From NCBI GenBank assembly GCA_016748015.1, contig JAAOMT010000239.1:468356-532355 (forward strand): a stretch of DNA of 64,000 nucleotides. The letters are read 5' to 3'. Shown here piece after piece: positions 48,696 to 60,807 of the stretch (its first letter is position 1; every line of letters starts with the position of its first letter). This DNA is from Geosiphon pyriformis uo1. Taxonomy: Eukaryota; Fungi; Glomeromycota. The position numbers and the translations under genes are program-made. The notes under the pieces were generated by a model. That model worked only from the letters and a program-made list of their open reading frames with translations. It ran no database searches and had not been told where the DNA came from.

Positions 48696-51600
48696 GTAAG
48701 CTCATTTGGAAGGTCACTACATGCAATGTTAGAGGAATGACCAATCCTGCAAAACAGAATAACATCATTTGTTGGCACAATGATATGAACAATTTGATTT
48801 CAATTTTCACGGAAACAAAGTTAAAGGAGAGAGTTTGCCCATGGATCATTAACAAATTTGATGGTATAAGGGTGTTTACATCTGGCTTGGATTCTGGTTA
48901 TCTGGGTGCTGGTGTTGTGATCGTCGTGAATTCTTCTTTGGCGAGACATGTGTGCAAGGTTTCTGAGGTGCTTGGCTGGCTCCTATCTATTAAATTGCTG
49001 TTCAAAAATAAACTTTTGGTATTGATTTTGGGGCTTTATGCAGGTGCTTCTTCGGTGGTTTGGTTTTCTTAGGCTGGTGAGGTTAACTCTCTCATTGCAA
49101 AGGCTGTTAATGAATCTTCTTTTGTCATTTTTGGAGGTGATTTCAATGAAAATGGTTTGTATAAAAGTACAAGTTTTAAGAAGTGCTTCAATTTGGGGCT
49201 AGTCAACTTTCTGTTAGGTAGTTCAGTTGCAAAAAGTCCTACGTGAGAGAATTCAAGAGGTGTAAAGAAGACTATTGATTACATGTTTGTTTCCTCAAGT
49301 CTGGTTAGTGTGATCATACATCATGATGTTTTGGAGGTTGGCAAACATTATAACATGGATCACCAGGCTGTCTCTGTGTCCATAGGCTTGAGTGGGCTTT
49401 TGGATGCACAGTTGAATTCTCTTCGAAAACAGGCAAATAAGGACTGTTGGAAGTTTGATTTTAAGGGTGCTAATGGGGTTAGATGGAACAATTTTAAAGA
49501 TGCCACATTGGCCAATGCTATGATGTTCTCAGATGAGTTTACTATCTCCACATGGTTTTTGGACTTGGATGCAATGTGGAACATTGTTCGCAAGATATTG
49601 GTTCTCTCAGCTAGTAAAGTGTTTAAAAAAAAGTGGTTCAAGGGCTTCAATAATGTTTTTACCAAGGAACCTTTGAGATTTCACAAATTGGAGCTTTTGG
49701 TTTCCAAGATTGTCAAGGCCTTATGTGAGGAGTGTGTTGCAAATTTTGAGTCTCTTATGAGATGTTGGGTTTCTTTGGACAATGTTAGGGCTTTGGTTGT
49801 ACAGAGTTTGGTGGATTCTGGTGCTGGCGCTAATGATGTTCATTCTGCTTTCTTTGGTGCTAGGAGATCTTATCGTGCATCCAAGCTTGCTGAGTTTTTG
49901 AGAGCTAAAGAGACAAACATCAGATCTGCTATAGATAAGAGGATGGAGAATTTTGAGGTGGATAAAAGTCACACGATCAGGAGCATACTGGAACAATCCT
50001 TCCGCAAGATGGTTTTGGATCATTTGGTCATAAGCAACAAGTTAATTCTTAAGCCTAATTTGGTGAAATCTAAAGTTAACAATATTATGGAAAGTTAGAC
50101 CAGGAAGTGGGTGGTGGTTGATGATGTCTCTGATGCTTGGTCTTGGCAGTACTGACCTCTGGACTATGTTTTTGATGAGGCTTTCTCTGAAGTAATATGT
50201 GTGATTGATTTTGATGAGTTGTATCATGTGGTCTCTAATCTGTCTAATGGCAAAGCCGCTGGTCTTTTGAGTATCTCTAATAAACTATGGAAACATTATA
50301 ATAAGTCAGTTTTGGGTTTGCTTCTGGTCCTGTTGAATTCTTGTCTATCTCGTGAATCAATACTTGGTTCTTGGAGGGAGGCTTGGGTTTCAATAATTCC
50401 CAAGTCTTATGAATAGGAGAATGTTCTCATGAATACTTATCCTATTGCTTTGATTGAAACTGCCCACAAAATTCTCTTCAAGATTCTTTCAGACAGGATC
50501 TCACTGGCTTGCAGCTCTTATAATGTCCTATGTGGTGACAATTTTTCAGTTTTAAAGGGTATGGCAACTCAGTCACCTATTTTTGCTATTGGTTCAGTTG
50601 TTGAAGATGCTCTAGAGAAAAACCGGGAGCTCTGGTTGGTTTTACAGGACATGCAAAAAGCTTATGATTCGATTGGCTGGGAACACCTCAAGAAGAGTTT
50701 GGTTAGAATTAAGATGGTTAGTAAATTTATTCGGTTTTTTGGCAGTATTTATAAGAATTGCACCAACCATGTGAGATCACTATCATGTGCACAATGGTCT
50801 GGATCAAAGAAAGGTTTTTTCCCCACTTCTGTGGCATATATTTTATGACTCTCTATTGTGTGAAGTCAAGCATTAAGGAAGTGTGTGTAAATATAGGTTG
50901 AATTCTTATTTTGTGTCTAAAAGTAGTTGTATCAAATCTCAGGCTGGGCTATCTTCTTTCTTTGCTGCTGGTGCTTTTGTCGATGATACAATCTAAATTG
51001 GTAACAGCCAAAGTGCTACTCAACATATTTTCAATGTAGCTGGCAAATTTTTTCATATTAATGACATTTCAATCAATAATGACAAGACAGTGACAATTCT
51101 CATTAATAGTAGGGTCAGCAGTTCTTTTCTCTCCATCAGTGGCTCGCCAATCTCCATTGCCAAAAAGAGAGAATCCCATCAGTATTTGGGTATTTTTCTT
51201 TCGTCTGAGGGTCTTTCGAAGCCTAGTTTGGCTAAGGCAAATTCAGATGTTTGTTTTTTTACTAATCTGGTTTTGAGAGAGGCAGTTTCAGATAAGCAAT
51301 TTTTGTATTTGGTGTTGGCAGTCTTTTATCCTATAATCAGCTATAGAATACAATTCAGCTTGATTCCTGTTGGCATGTGCAACAAATGAGATGCTTTGGT
51401 TCACAAATGTTTGAAACTTAAATCTGGTCTCCCGCAAGATTTTTCTAGTGATACAATCCACCATCCTTCCTTTTATGGTTTAAAGTCCTTTTCACAGTGT
51501 CAGTTAGAAAGTAAGATTGCTTCACTTATCAGTTTTGCAAACTCTATCGGGATTTTGGGGTATATGTTCAGTTACAGGTCTCATAACTTGCAAGTTCTGT

Positions 51601-53350
51601 GCTGACAGCCTATCCATTCCTTGATCTTTCCTACTCGCATTTGTGTTAGTGTTTCTAATAATTTCTTGGCTGGTGTGGTTTCCATCCTTCTTGACTGCAA
51701 GTTGTCTTTGGGTGGTTCTTTGGCCAGTGCTTTCCGGTTTTGCAGTGGGGTTCCTATGTCTGTTGTTCTTGGCGAATCTTTGTTTTTCAAGTTTTTGCCG
51801 TCTTTTTAGTGTTATGGTGTTGCCTTCATGGACCAGCTTCGGGATCACCGTGGTAATGTCTTTAGCTGGCTCACCTTTAAGCAATAGAAGAGACTGGATC
51901 CTCGTGGTCCAGTCTCTGAGTGGTTTGAACGTTCAGTCAAGTTTCTTGTGGCCTCCTATTCTTCTCTCTCAGTTTTGGTTGGTGTTAGTCCTGTTAACAT
52001 TTGTGGTTCTAATAAGTTTGTGTCTGTATGTGATCATCTCTCTCAGGTTGATGCTGATAGTTTGTCTGTGTATATAGATGAGTCGTTAAAAAATTTGGGC
52101 ATGACTGGTTGTAAGGCTGGGGCTGCTGCCTTTTTTAAGGACATTAACTTGGGTTTGGGTATTAGTGTTCAGGGTTTAGTGTCATCTACTTTGGCAGAAT
52201 TGCAGATTATAGCATTGGCTCTGGAGTGTGTACCTGTGGCTTGCTCTGTTTGTCTGTTTTTGGACAGTCAGACAGCCTTGGATGCTTGCATGTCAGAGAT
52301 TGACTTGATGTATTCTGACTTTTACAATTGGTGCTGGGTTGAGCACCAGCATATTAGGAATGTTATTCGCAGTAAGAATTTGAGGGTTAGCTGGCACAAG
52401 GTTAAGGGTCACTCTGGTGTGTCAGGGAATGATTGAGCCGATAGCATTACTAATGCTGCGACTCTCTATAATTGGTTTTTCCCTTCTTGTGTTGATGAAC
52501 ATTTTTTGTTGGCAGATAATGGTATTGTGTCTGGTAATTCTAGACACTTTGTTCGAAATGTTTTTGTGCTGTTTGTTGGGCATGTTGGAAGGTCAGTTCT
52601 GGTTTGAAGTTTCTACCTAGAGATTTGCACTTGGGTGTTGATTGGCCTAACTCTTCCAGGATTTGGCATTCTGATTCGCATATGGCAACGGATTTTACCA
52701 GCAGGTGCACTGCTGACGTTCATACTTACTTAATGAAGGCTTTGCACTGTTGGCTTCCCGTGGCTATTCGAAAGCACATTTATGATAGATGTTACCCGAG
52801 TGTTCTGTGTTTGTATTGTGGTGAGGTGGAGGTGTCTGATCATGTGTTTTCTTGTGTAATTGATGATTCAGTTCATCGTTGGATGTTGGATTCCTGTATG
52901 TCTTCTTGAAAGACAATTTCTGGTCTTTCTATTTTTTCTTCTAATGTATTGCAGCTGCTGTCGATCTGTGCTTCAGATTTCCTGGTGTCTTCAGTTTTTT
53001 ACAAGGGTTTTGTTTTCAGAGGATGGTTTTGGGAGGCTGTTTCCATTTTCCATGACCCCAAGGTTGCTAGCATCAAGATTACTGATTTTGTACACTCCCT
53101 TTGTGTTGCTTTCAGGAATAACATTTGGTTGGTCCATGTCAAGCATCATGCATACATGAAAAAAAATGGCCTGATCCTGGTAGATGGCTCGATTCCTGTC
53201 TCGGTTTCTGGTTTGGTTTCAAGGTTCTTGGGTGGTGTGGTTAAATTGCTTGGTATTGCTGAAGCTTTTGGCATCTGTTTTGGTTTTCACAAATCTTGTT
53301 TGTTTTTCTCAGGTATTGGTGACTTGGTTTTTGTTAATATAGATGTGTAG
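48692..53350 (+). pseudogene. LINE copy 2 ORF2 (APE-RT-RNase H-CCHC)
   Basis: VTTCNVRG, FTETKL, LQDMQKAYDS, AFVDD, WHKVKGHSGVSGN, CLYCGEVEVSDHVFSC; stops and a short deletion near 50770. Confidence 0.92.
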
Positions 53351-54140
53351 TGTTGTTCTGACTGGCTTGAATGGCTGGTCACATGTAGAAAGTACATGAT
53401 CCATGCTTAGTTTAGATTATTTCCTTGATGTATAGTTCTAAGTTGTATTTGGACTTCACTTGTTAAAATAATAATAATAATAAAAAATAAAATTCACATA
53501 AATTAATTTAATATTGTTTTTTAAAACCAATTTAAACTTAATAAATCTAAATAATAGATAAAACAAAAAATTAACTAAGGCTAATTTAATTTTAAAAATA
53601 ATATTAAACATTAAAATAAAAACTATTTATTCTGAAAATTTTTAACAGCTAAAAATTTTTTCTTAAATATTATCAAAAATAATATCAGAAAATAAAAAAA
53701 ATACAAGTTAATTTAATTTTTATATAATCAACCTAATCTTTAAAATTAAACAACTTAATAAGTTGTTTTGTTTTTAAAATTAATAATAATTTGCCAAAAA
53801 AAATCATATTTAATAATATAGTTAATAGTTAATCTTGGCTTATTTTAAAAAATATGCTGTTATTATTATTGTTTATATTAAAAAAAAACTTAGTTGTTAT
53901 TAGAAAAATCTTATTTAAGAATTCATCTAAAATTACAAAAAAATTTAATATAACAATAATAAATATAAGCAATTATTGTTGTTTTTTAGAGTTTTTGGTT
54001 TTTTTGGCTTTTTTGATTATTTGTAATATAATAATAATAATATTAGTCATAAAAACAAAAAAAATCAGCTTGTTAATTAGTTTATTATTGAAAATTTTAA
54101 AGTTTTTAAAAAAAATAAAAATAATACTAAAATTAATCTA

Positions 54141-56445
54141 TATTTATTAATTAATAAATATATAAAAACTCTTTGTCTTCTTAATTTTATGACCACGACC
54201 AGAGCAAAGAGTAAAAAAGCTGCACCTGATATCTGTCCTGAGATATCTAATAAAATTTCAACCAGAGGAGCTCTTTCTGTTGTAGAAGCAACTAGACAAA
54301 ACGTTTTAAAAGCCTTCCTCTTATCCAGTAATCGTGAAAAGCTGTTTTTAGTAGCCACTAAATCAATTTCTTTATCTTTGGCTGATTTTTCACCAGTCAA
54401 AGTTTCTTCAAAGAGACACACTTGGGTTAGTTCCAGTGTTGCTTCCATCCCAACTAAGAGCCCAAAAGTTTTTAATAATAGACCAGTAAATAAGCTGGTC
54501 TTCCTCTCTATAGATTCAACACCTGGTGCTTCTGGCATCACCTCTTCAAAAAAAATGGTCAAAAAGACCAAAAGTTCAGAAAAGTGGGGGCAGTTACTTG
54601 CTTCTGCTATTGTTACACCGAACCCCTTTGTGGTTCCCAATGAGATCTTAAATGAGATCTCAGTAGTATCATCTGGCATGTCATCTAAGATGAACCAAGA
54701 TTAACCACTGGCTGTGTTGCCAAATGTGGTGTTTTCCGGCAGATAATCACCGGTTTTAGAAGCAAAACAATCTCCTCCTATTGGGTCACCTGTTCTTGAG
54801 AACTGAGCTGATCAAATGGAAACTAATTCATCTCCTCCTCTAGTTTCTGGTGCTACTTCTGGTGATGCTTGGGAAACTATTATTAGTTGTCAAAGGTTTG
54901 CTGGGTGGGTGGCCTCCACTCTGGTGCCTGGTGCTACTTTTAGGATCAAATTAGCTTATGTTAAGACTGTTTTTCAGTCTGTGCATAGTTTCTTGGGTGC
55001 TAAATCTGTTTCAAAAGACAATGTGAAGCTTTTCTGTATGGAATTTGCTCCTCAACAGTCTTTGGAAGCTGTGTTTTTGGTTGAGCTTACAAGCTCTGTT
55101 CATTTAACCACTCTCAAAATTACCAAATTTTTGGTGGTTTCTGAATCTGGTTCCTTTTTTGCTGCTGTTGCGCTGCGTAATATACTTTTGGATGTGTTTG
55201 CTGCTAATATTAAGTTGGCTCTCAGTGTGTTTGGTAGTGTTACTCGTGTTGTGCTGAAGCCTGCTGGCATTTGACAGTATGTAGTGGTTTATTTTAAAAA
55301 GTTAGACTCTGCTGTGTCTGTCTTAAAGCATTGGTCAGTCTTGGTGAACAAGAATAGTGTTAGAATCCTCCCTCTGGTGAATCAAAATGAGACTATTTTG
55401 TTTCGTGATAAGTTTAAGGCCAAATTGGTCAACCTTCCCCTTGGCTGTACCACCTTTGAAATTAGTGATATGATTTCTCAGGTTGGTGGTCAAACATGTT
55501 TCATTCCTCATTCTCCTGATTCTGGTTGTTGTTCCCGGTTTGCTTTGGTTATATTTGACTCTCAAAGCAATTTGGATTCTGCTGTAGTCAAGACTGGTAC
55601 TCTAAAGAAATGCCATATCTGGTGGGAAACTCCTGGCTGCCGGTGCTGCTTTAGGTGTCAAGAAATGAGCCATTTGGCCATGGATTGCAAGATTTCTCCA
55701 CCTTCCACTCCCAAAATTCCCAAGGTTTTCAAGTTTCGTTTTGTGGGTTCTGCTTCATATGCCAAGACTGCTGCTCCTTTTGGTCTTTCTGAGTTTCCTT
55801 CTTTAGTGGCTCTTTCGGCTGCTTTTGCTGCTAATCCTGCTGTTGGTTCCAGATTGGACTCTTTGGAAAAGCAGATTTCAGATTTGGCTGCTCTTGTTAA
55901 GTTTATTGTTGAGCCTGTTGGTTCTTTGGTTGCTTTGGTGTTTCATCTTCTTGATAATAATGCTGTTAAAGCTGTTCAGGTTGAGAAAAATATCATTTCT
56001 ATGAAGAGTGCTGCTAACAATTTTGCTAACCTCATGGTTGGAGTTTCTAAGGACATTGCTTGTCTTAGATCTGAGGTTGACTTTGGTAATATGGATTATA
56101 ATAATATACTGGCTGCTAAGCCTTCCTTTTTAAGTGAGAACACTGTTGAGCATGTTATTGCTTTGTGGCGGATGTCTAGTGCTGAAACCAGAAGCAATAT
56201 TGAATCTACTAGATTGTTTCTTAGTGAGTTTATTTTTGACTCTAGGAATCTGAATGATATCATTGAAAGAATTTGTGGGTTGGAGTTATTCTTACCTACT
56301 TTTGATTCAGTGTAGTGAGTCCTTGATTGGGCCGAGTGTCTGATTACATGTAGAAAATGCATGATTTATGCCTATAATGTAATTCTTTCTGTAGTATCAT
56401 AGTTTTAGGTTGTATTTGGGTCTCGCTTATTAAATAATATAAAAA
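54141..56445 (+). mobile_element. ORF1-only non-autonomous non-LTR element (HAL1-like), younger copy
   Basis: A single ~700-codon ORF is followed immediately by the LINE-type 3' UTR and an A-rich tail. The 5' motif AAAACTCTTT resembles the LINE 5' ends. Candidate TSD AAAATTAATCTA at 54129-54140 and 56446-56457. Confidence 0.85.
54189..56315 (+). pseudogene. ORF1-like protein (S/P-rich N-terminus, RRM-like domains, CCHC knuckle, coiled coil); a few nonsense changes
   Basis: ORF-track fragments at 54189, 54816 and 55284 share one frame. Motifs: ALSVFGSVTRVVL, KAKLVNLP..FALVIF, CFRCQEMSHLAMDC, RLDSLEKQISDL. Confidence 0.85.
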
Positions 56446-57239
56446 AAAATTAATCTAAGTATATCTCTTAAAAAAATCTTTAATTAAAAAAAAACTATTA
56501 GTTAAAAATAAAAAATGTTTTAAAAACTGTTAAATACAGCTTTTTAGTATCAATATTTAAAAAAAAAATTATTAGAATATTCTACTTAGTTGCTTTAATA
56601 ATAATAAAAATTTTTTTGGTTGAAATTTTATTAATTACTATAGAAAAAATAATATTTAAAATTTTTTTACTTTTTGTTTTTATTGTAATTATAAAAATAA
56701 AAAAAATAAAAAGTTTTTTTTTTAATTATTATAATATAATTAAAATTAATTTAAGTAAAGTTTATTTGAATGTAATTTTAATTTTCAGTAATAATTTGTT
56801 AAGAATATAATTTTTTTAGATATTATTAGTAATATATTAACTTGTTTTTTAAATTTAAGTTTAAATATAAGATTAAATATTCATAATTTAATATTATTAA
56901 TATTAATTAAATTACAAATAATAACTTTAATATTAAAATATGTACTAATATTCAATATAATTGTTATTTATTCAAATAATTAAGTGTTTTATATCTAATT
57001 TTTGCTAAATTAAAAAATAATATATTATTATTATTATTAGAAATAAAAGTTTATTTATTGAATAAATCAAAATAAAAAATTATTCTGGTATTATAAATAA
57101 TAAATAAACTAATATGTTTATTAATAAAATCTCAAATTTGAAATTTTTGTTATTTGTTAATATTTAAAAAAGATTTTTTTTAAGATGGTTTTTAAAAATG
57201 CTTATAATTTTGTAAAAAACCTGTTTGATTCAGTGTACT

Positions 57240-57460
57240 TTTTCAAGCCACAGCACTGCAGGTCTTCATACTTATTTTATAAAGGCTTGATTCTGTGGCG
57301 AAGAAGGTGTCATCGATGACTGTTCCTATAGGTGGATCGCCTCAACCAATAGAACAATTGCAAGTTTGCCTCTTCTTTAATGTTTCTGTTGATCGGCTCG
57401 AGTGGCTGGTCACATGTAGAAAAAGCATGAGCCACACTTACTTTAACAAAATAAAATAAA
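57240..57460 (+). mobile_element. Short, internally deleted LINE 3' remnant just upstream of HEM14
   Basis: Patches resemble the ORF2 C-terminus (STAGLHTYFIKA vs CTADVHTYLMKA; FCGE; CLFF), followed by GATCGGCTCGAGTGGCTGGTCACATGTAGAAAAAGCATGA and an A-rich tail. Confidence 0.7.
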
Positions 57461-57534
57461 TATATCTATACACAATATTTTTATATATACTGTATCACAC
57501 TTAAAGATTATCTTTACAGAACCCGCAATAAAAA

Positions 57535-59982
57535 ATGCCCCCTTCACGTTCTAAACATGTTGCCATACTAGGAGGAGGCATCTCAGGTTTGGCGACTGCG
57601 TGGCATCTAGCCCGTAGTTCACCCAGTACAAAAATAACCTTACTTGAAGGGGCAAACAGGCTAGGAGGCTGGATACAAACCAAACGAGTTGGCGATCGCC
57701 AACTTCTTTTTGAACTTGGGCCAAGAACGCTGAGGCCTTCTGGTCTGAGTGGATTGGCTACACTGGATATGGTCAGTAATGATGTCTTTCTTCCATATGT
57801 TACAACTGGCCTTTTCCTTCTATATCTTATAAATATCAGTTTACTAATCTGCTTGATGTTTGTATAAGAAAAATAGATTTCTGAATTAAGCTCGATCTCT
57901 TCAATTATAGCAATATCTTCCTCCCATTTAACAGCCAAAAATCGATTCATTTATTATCCTGATCGACTCAACAAAATTCCCTCCTCTCTTTTTGGGGGTA
58001 TCACTTCTCTCTTCAGTCTGCCGGTTATGCAAGGAGTAATATCGGGATTATTACGTGAACCATTTGTTCAAACTAAGCATCTGGATGATGAAAGCATTCA
58101 CAGTTTTATCTCTAGGCGACTTGACCAGCGACTTTCTGATAATATGATTAGTGCCGTAATACATGGAATCTATGCAGGCGATGTGACAAAGCTTTCTTTG
58201 AGATCCACACTCCCTTTTTTATATTATGCAGAACGTAAACATGGCTCGATTTTCAAAGGGGTAATCAAGGGTAGAAATCAGCTCATTCCTTACTCCCAGC
58301 AGGATCAGTTGCTCCAAATGACAGCTAAGAAAAATCCTGAGCTGTTGGATAGGATAAAAAAATTTAGTCTTTATTCATTTCGCGATGGAGTTGAGGAGTT
58401 GACAAGAGCGATCGAAAAAGATCTAGTTGCTAAAATGAATGTGGCTATCAAGATTGGACAGCAAGTCAAAAGTTTGACATTTGAAAACGGGCTTCAGGTA
58501 AGAAATTAATTTTTGCGACTGGTTTTTCAATTGATCAAATTTATTTTGACTGTAAAATTACGAGTTAAGCTCCAATTGCCAGTGTTTTGGAAACGTGATC
58601 TCCTTGAGTAAAGGTAGCATAAATCCTGGAGAAATTTTTTGTCGATTGATTTTTCTTCCTAGAAATCATTTTGTGGAGATAGGTTTTCATGGAAAATCAA
58701 AATATCACATGCTCGGATGGCTGAGAGGAAAAGCGTCGCATTTTACATTTCGAGGTGCACCAATAGCCGTTATTGGCTAATTTAATGAGGGGATCATCAG
58801 TCGTGTCATTTGCTGAAATTTTCAATCCTGGATCAACATCGCAATTGGAAAGCTCAAATCCTTTTGCTTTTTTATAACACATTTGGCTTGCACTATTAAT
58901 GGTTTTCAATGAGCTTCTGCTGCTCTATGGAAAGTTTCGTGCATACTTTAATCGAAGATTTCGGGAATTTTATATAATTGAGAACATCACTCATTTTGAC
59001 TATTGTAGAGGGCTCTTGCAAAAAGATAGCAGAATCGCAAGTTAAGAATCAATGTTTTCGAATGAAGCCTTTTCGAAATATAGTGACATGTCAAGCTTGA
59101 TAATTATAGCATCAATCGCCTTTTTCACTATCAGACCCAAGATATGAGAAGAAAACTCTGAAACTTATGAAAGCTAGGAGTTTTTATTTAATAGAAACAG
59201 ATTCTCAACCAGTCTCCATCCCTTTTTTCTACTTGTTCCTCTCCCGCTTATTTACATCATTTTTGCTATAGGTCCATACAAACCAAGAAAATTTTTTCGT
59301 GGACCACGTGATAAGCACAATTCCATCACACGAGCTGCACAAAATACTTGAAAACTCAACAATATTACCAAAATTACCACACCTAAATTACAACCCTTCA
59401 GTAACAGTGGCTGTGGTTAACCTTGCCTATAAACGTTCCAATCTTCTTCCGGTTGAGGGTTTTGGATACTTGTTACCTCGTTCTACCCCAAACAATCCAT
59501 ACCACGCCTTGGGCGTTGTATTCGATTCATGTGCCATGCCTGATCAAGATTCTGATGCATTCCCAAATCTCACGAAAGTCACAGTTATGTTAGGGGGTCA
59601 TTATTATGATGATTTCCATGTTAAAATTCCGGATGAAGATGAATTATTATTGCAGGCGCGAGAAATATTGCAAAATCATTTAAATATTATTGCTACTCCT
59701 GAAGATTCGTTGGTTAGTGTTCAAAAAAAATGTATCCCACAGTATTACGTGGGGCATTATCAAAGGATGCAAGAGTTGCATATGGGAATAAAACAAGGTA
59801 TTTATAAGGGAAAGCTTAGTGTAACTGGGGCCAGCTATTGGGGTGTTAGTATTAATGATTGTGTATTAAACGCGCGAAAGTTGGCGGAAAGCTTAGCAAA
59901 GAAATTTTCAAGTGAAAAAGAGGGAAATGGTGATCTTGTTATTACCGGTTTAGAAAGAGTTGAAGATACATCTGAAGATTAG
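57535..59982 (+). CDS. HEM14: Protoporphyrinogen oxidase; exons 57535-57771, 57877-58497, 59272-59982
   Basis: VAILGGGISGL (FAD binding), RLGGWI, FELGPRTLRP, DESIHSF..RR, GIYAGD, GFGYLLPR, IPQYYVGH, GVSINDC. Confidence 0.96.
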
Positions 59983-60807
59983 GCATTTTTTATAGTTCTA
60001 ATTAATTTGGAGATTATTTCATTTTTTAAAGTTAACTTGATGATTTAGTCCATGTTAACCTTAAACTTTAATTCAAATTTGATGTTCAATACTTCAAAAT
60101 AAAACAATTTTTTAAATCTGTTTAAATTTTTAAATTTAATAAAATGGTTTTATGATGAAACAAATTTGTTATTTAATTTTGTTGAATGAATGTTTTTAAC
60201 AACACTTTTTTTTAATTTTGAGATTACAACTAAAAAAACGATTTTTACTTTTTTTATAATAACTAAAAAACAATTTTAGTATTATTATAACTATTATCAA
60301 AATTTTTAATTACTTTTATTAAATTTTAAAAAACCAAAAAACAACAATTATTATTTTTTTTATTTTTTTTAAAAAGTGTAATTATAATTAATATCCAAAT
60401 TATTTTTATTTCAAAAAAGTTAAATTATAAACTGACTTTATTTTTTATAATATATAACTAATTACTTAGATTAAAGTTAATAAATACTTATTTATTCTTT
60501 AAATTAAAAATAATTAATAAATACTTGTTTATTATAAATTTGTTTTTACAATTATTTTTTAGTTTTTTCTTTATAAAACATTATTTTTTTTAATAGTATA
60601 TTATAAATTACAAGTTTTTTCATAATTTAAAACAATAATAAGCAAATTAGTAAATTATATATATTTAAAAAAATTTTTTTTTAACTAATTAAAATTTTTA
60701 AGCAAATAATTATTTATTTATTTAAATACTTATTTATTCTTTAAATTAAAAATATTTAATACTTTAAAATTAACAAAATAATTAATAAATACTTGTTTAT
60801 TATAAAT

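Larger units (their letters stand above)
46745..53482 (+). mobile_element. LINE copy 2, full length, inserted antisense in the ghost ORF1-only element
   Basis: 5' UTR starts AAAACTTCTTTC; ORF1, ORF2, 3' UTR and a (TAA)n tail follow. Candidate TSD AAAAATAAAAT at 46734-46744 and 53483-53493. Confidence 0.92.
45345..56718 (-). mobile_element. Old, A/T-decayed ORF1-only non-LTR element in three pieces (~56718-56446, ~54140-53483, ~46744-45345)
   Basis: The pieces are colinear with the younger copy at 54165-56432. The 5' end reads 'aaaactttttatt..' at 56718. The translated ghost VEKNLLFIKSTVNNFVNFLIGIFKNIVFLK matches VEKNIISMKSAANNFANLMVGVSKDIACLR. The ORF end is followed directly by the decayed shared 3' UTR (45475-45358) and an A tail. 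Confidence 0.8.

Noticed and set aside
57300-57445. Possible H/ACA snoRNA (U17/snR30-like motifs, ACA box)
   Set aside because: Motif matches are imperfect and the H box is misplaced; the sequence is better explained as a LINE 3' remnant.
58595-58909. Small ORFs inside HEM14 intron 2
   Set aside because: Short, with non-ATG starts and no recognisable motifs.
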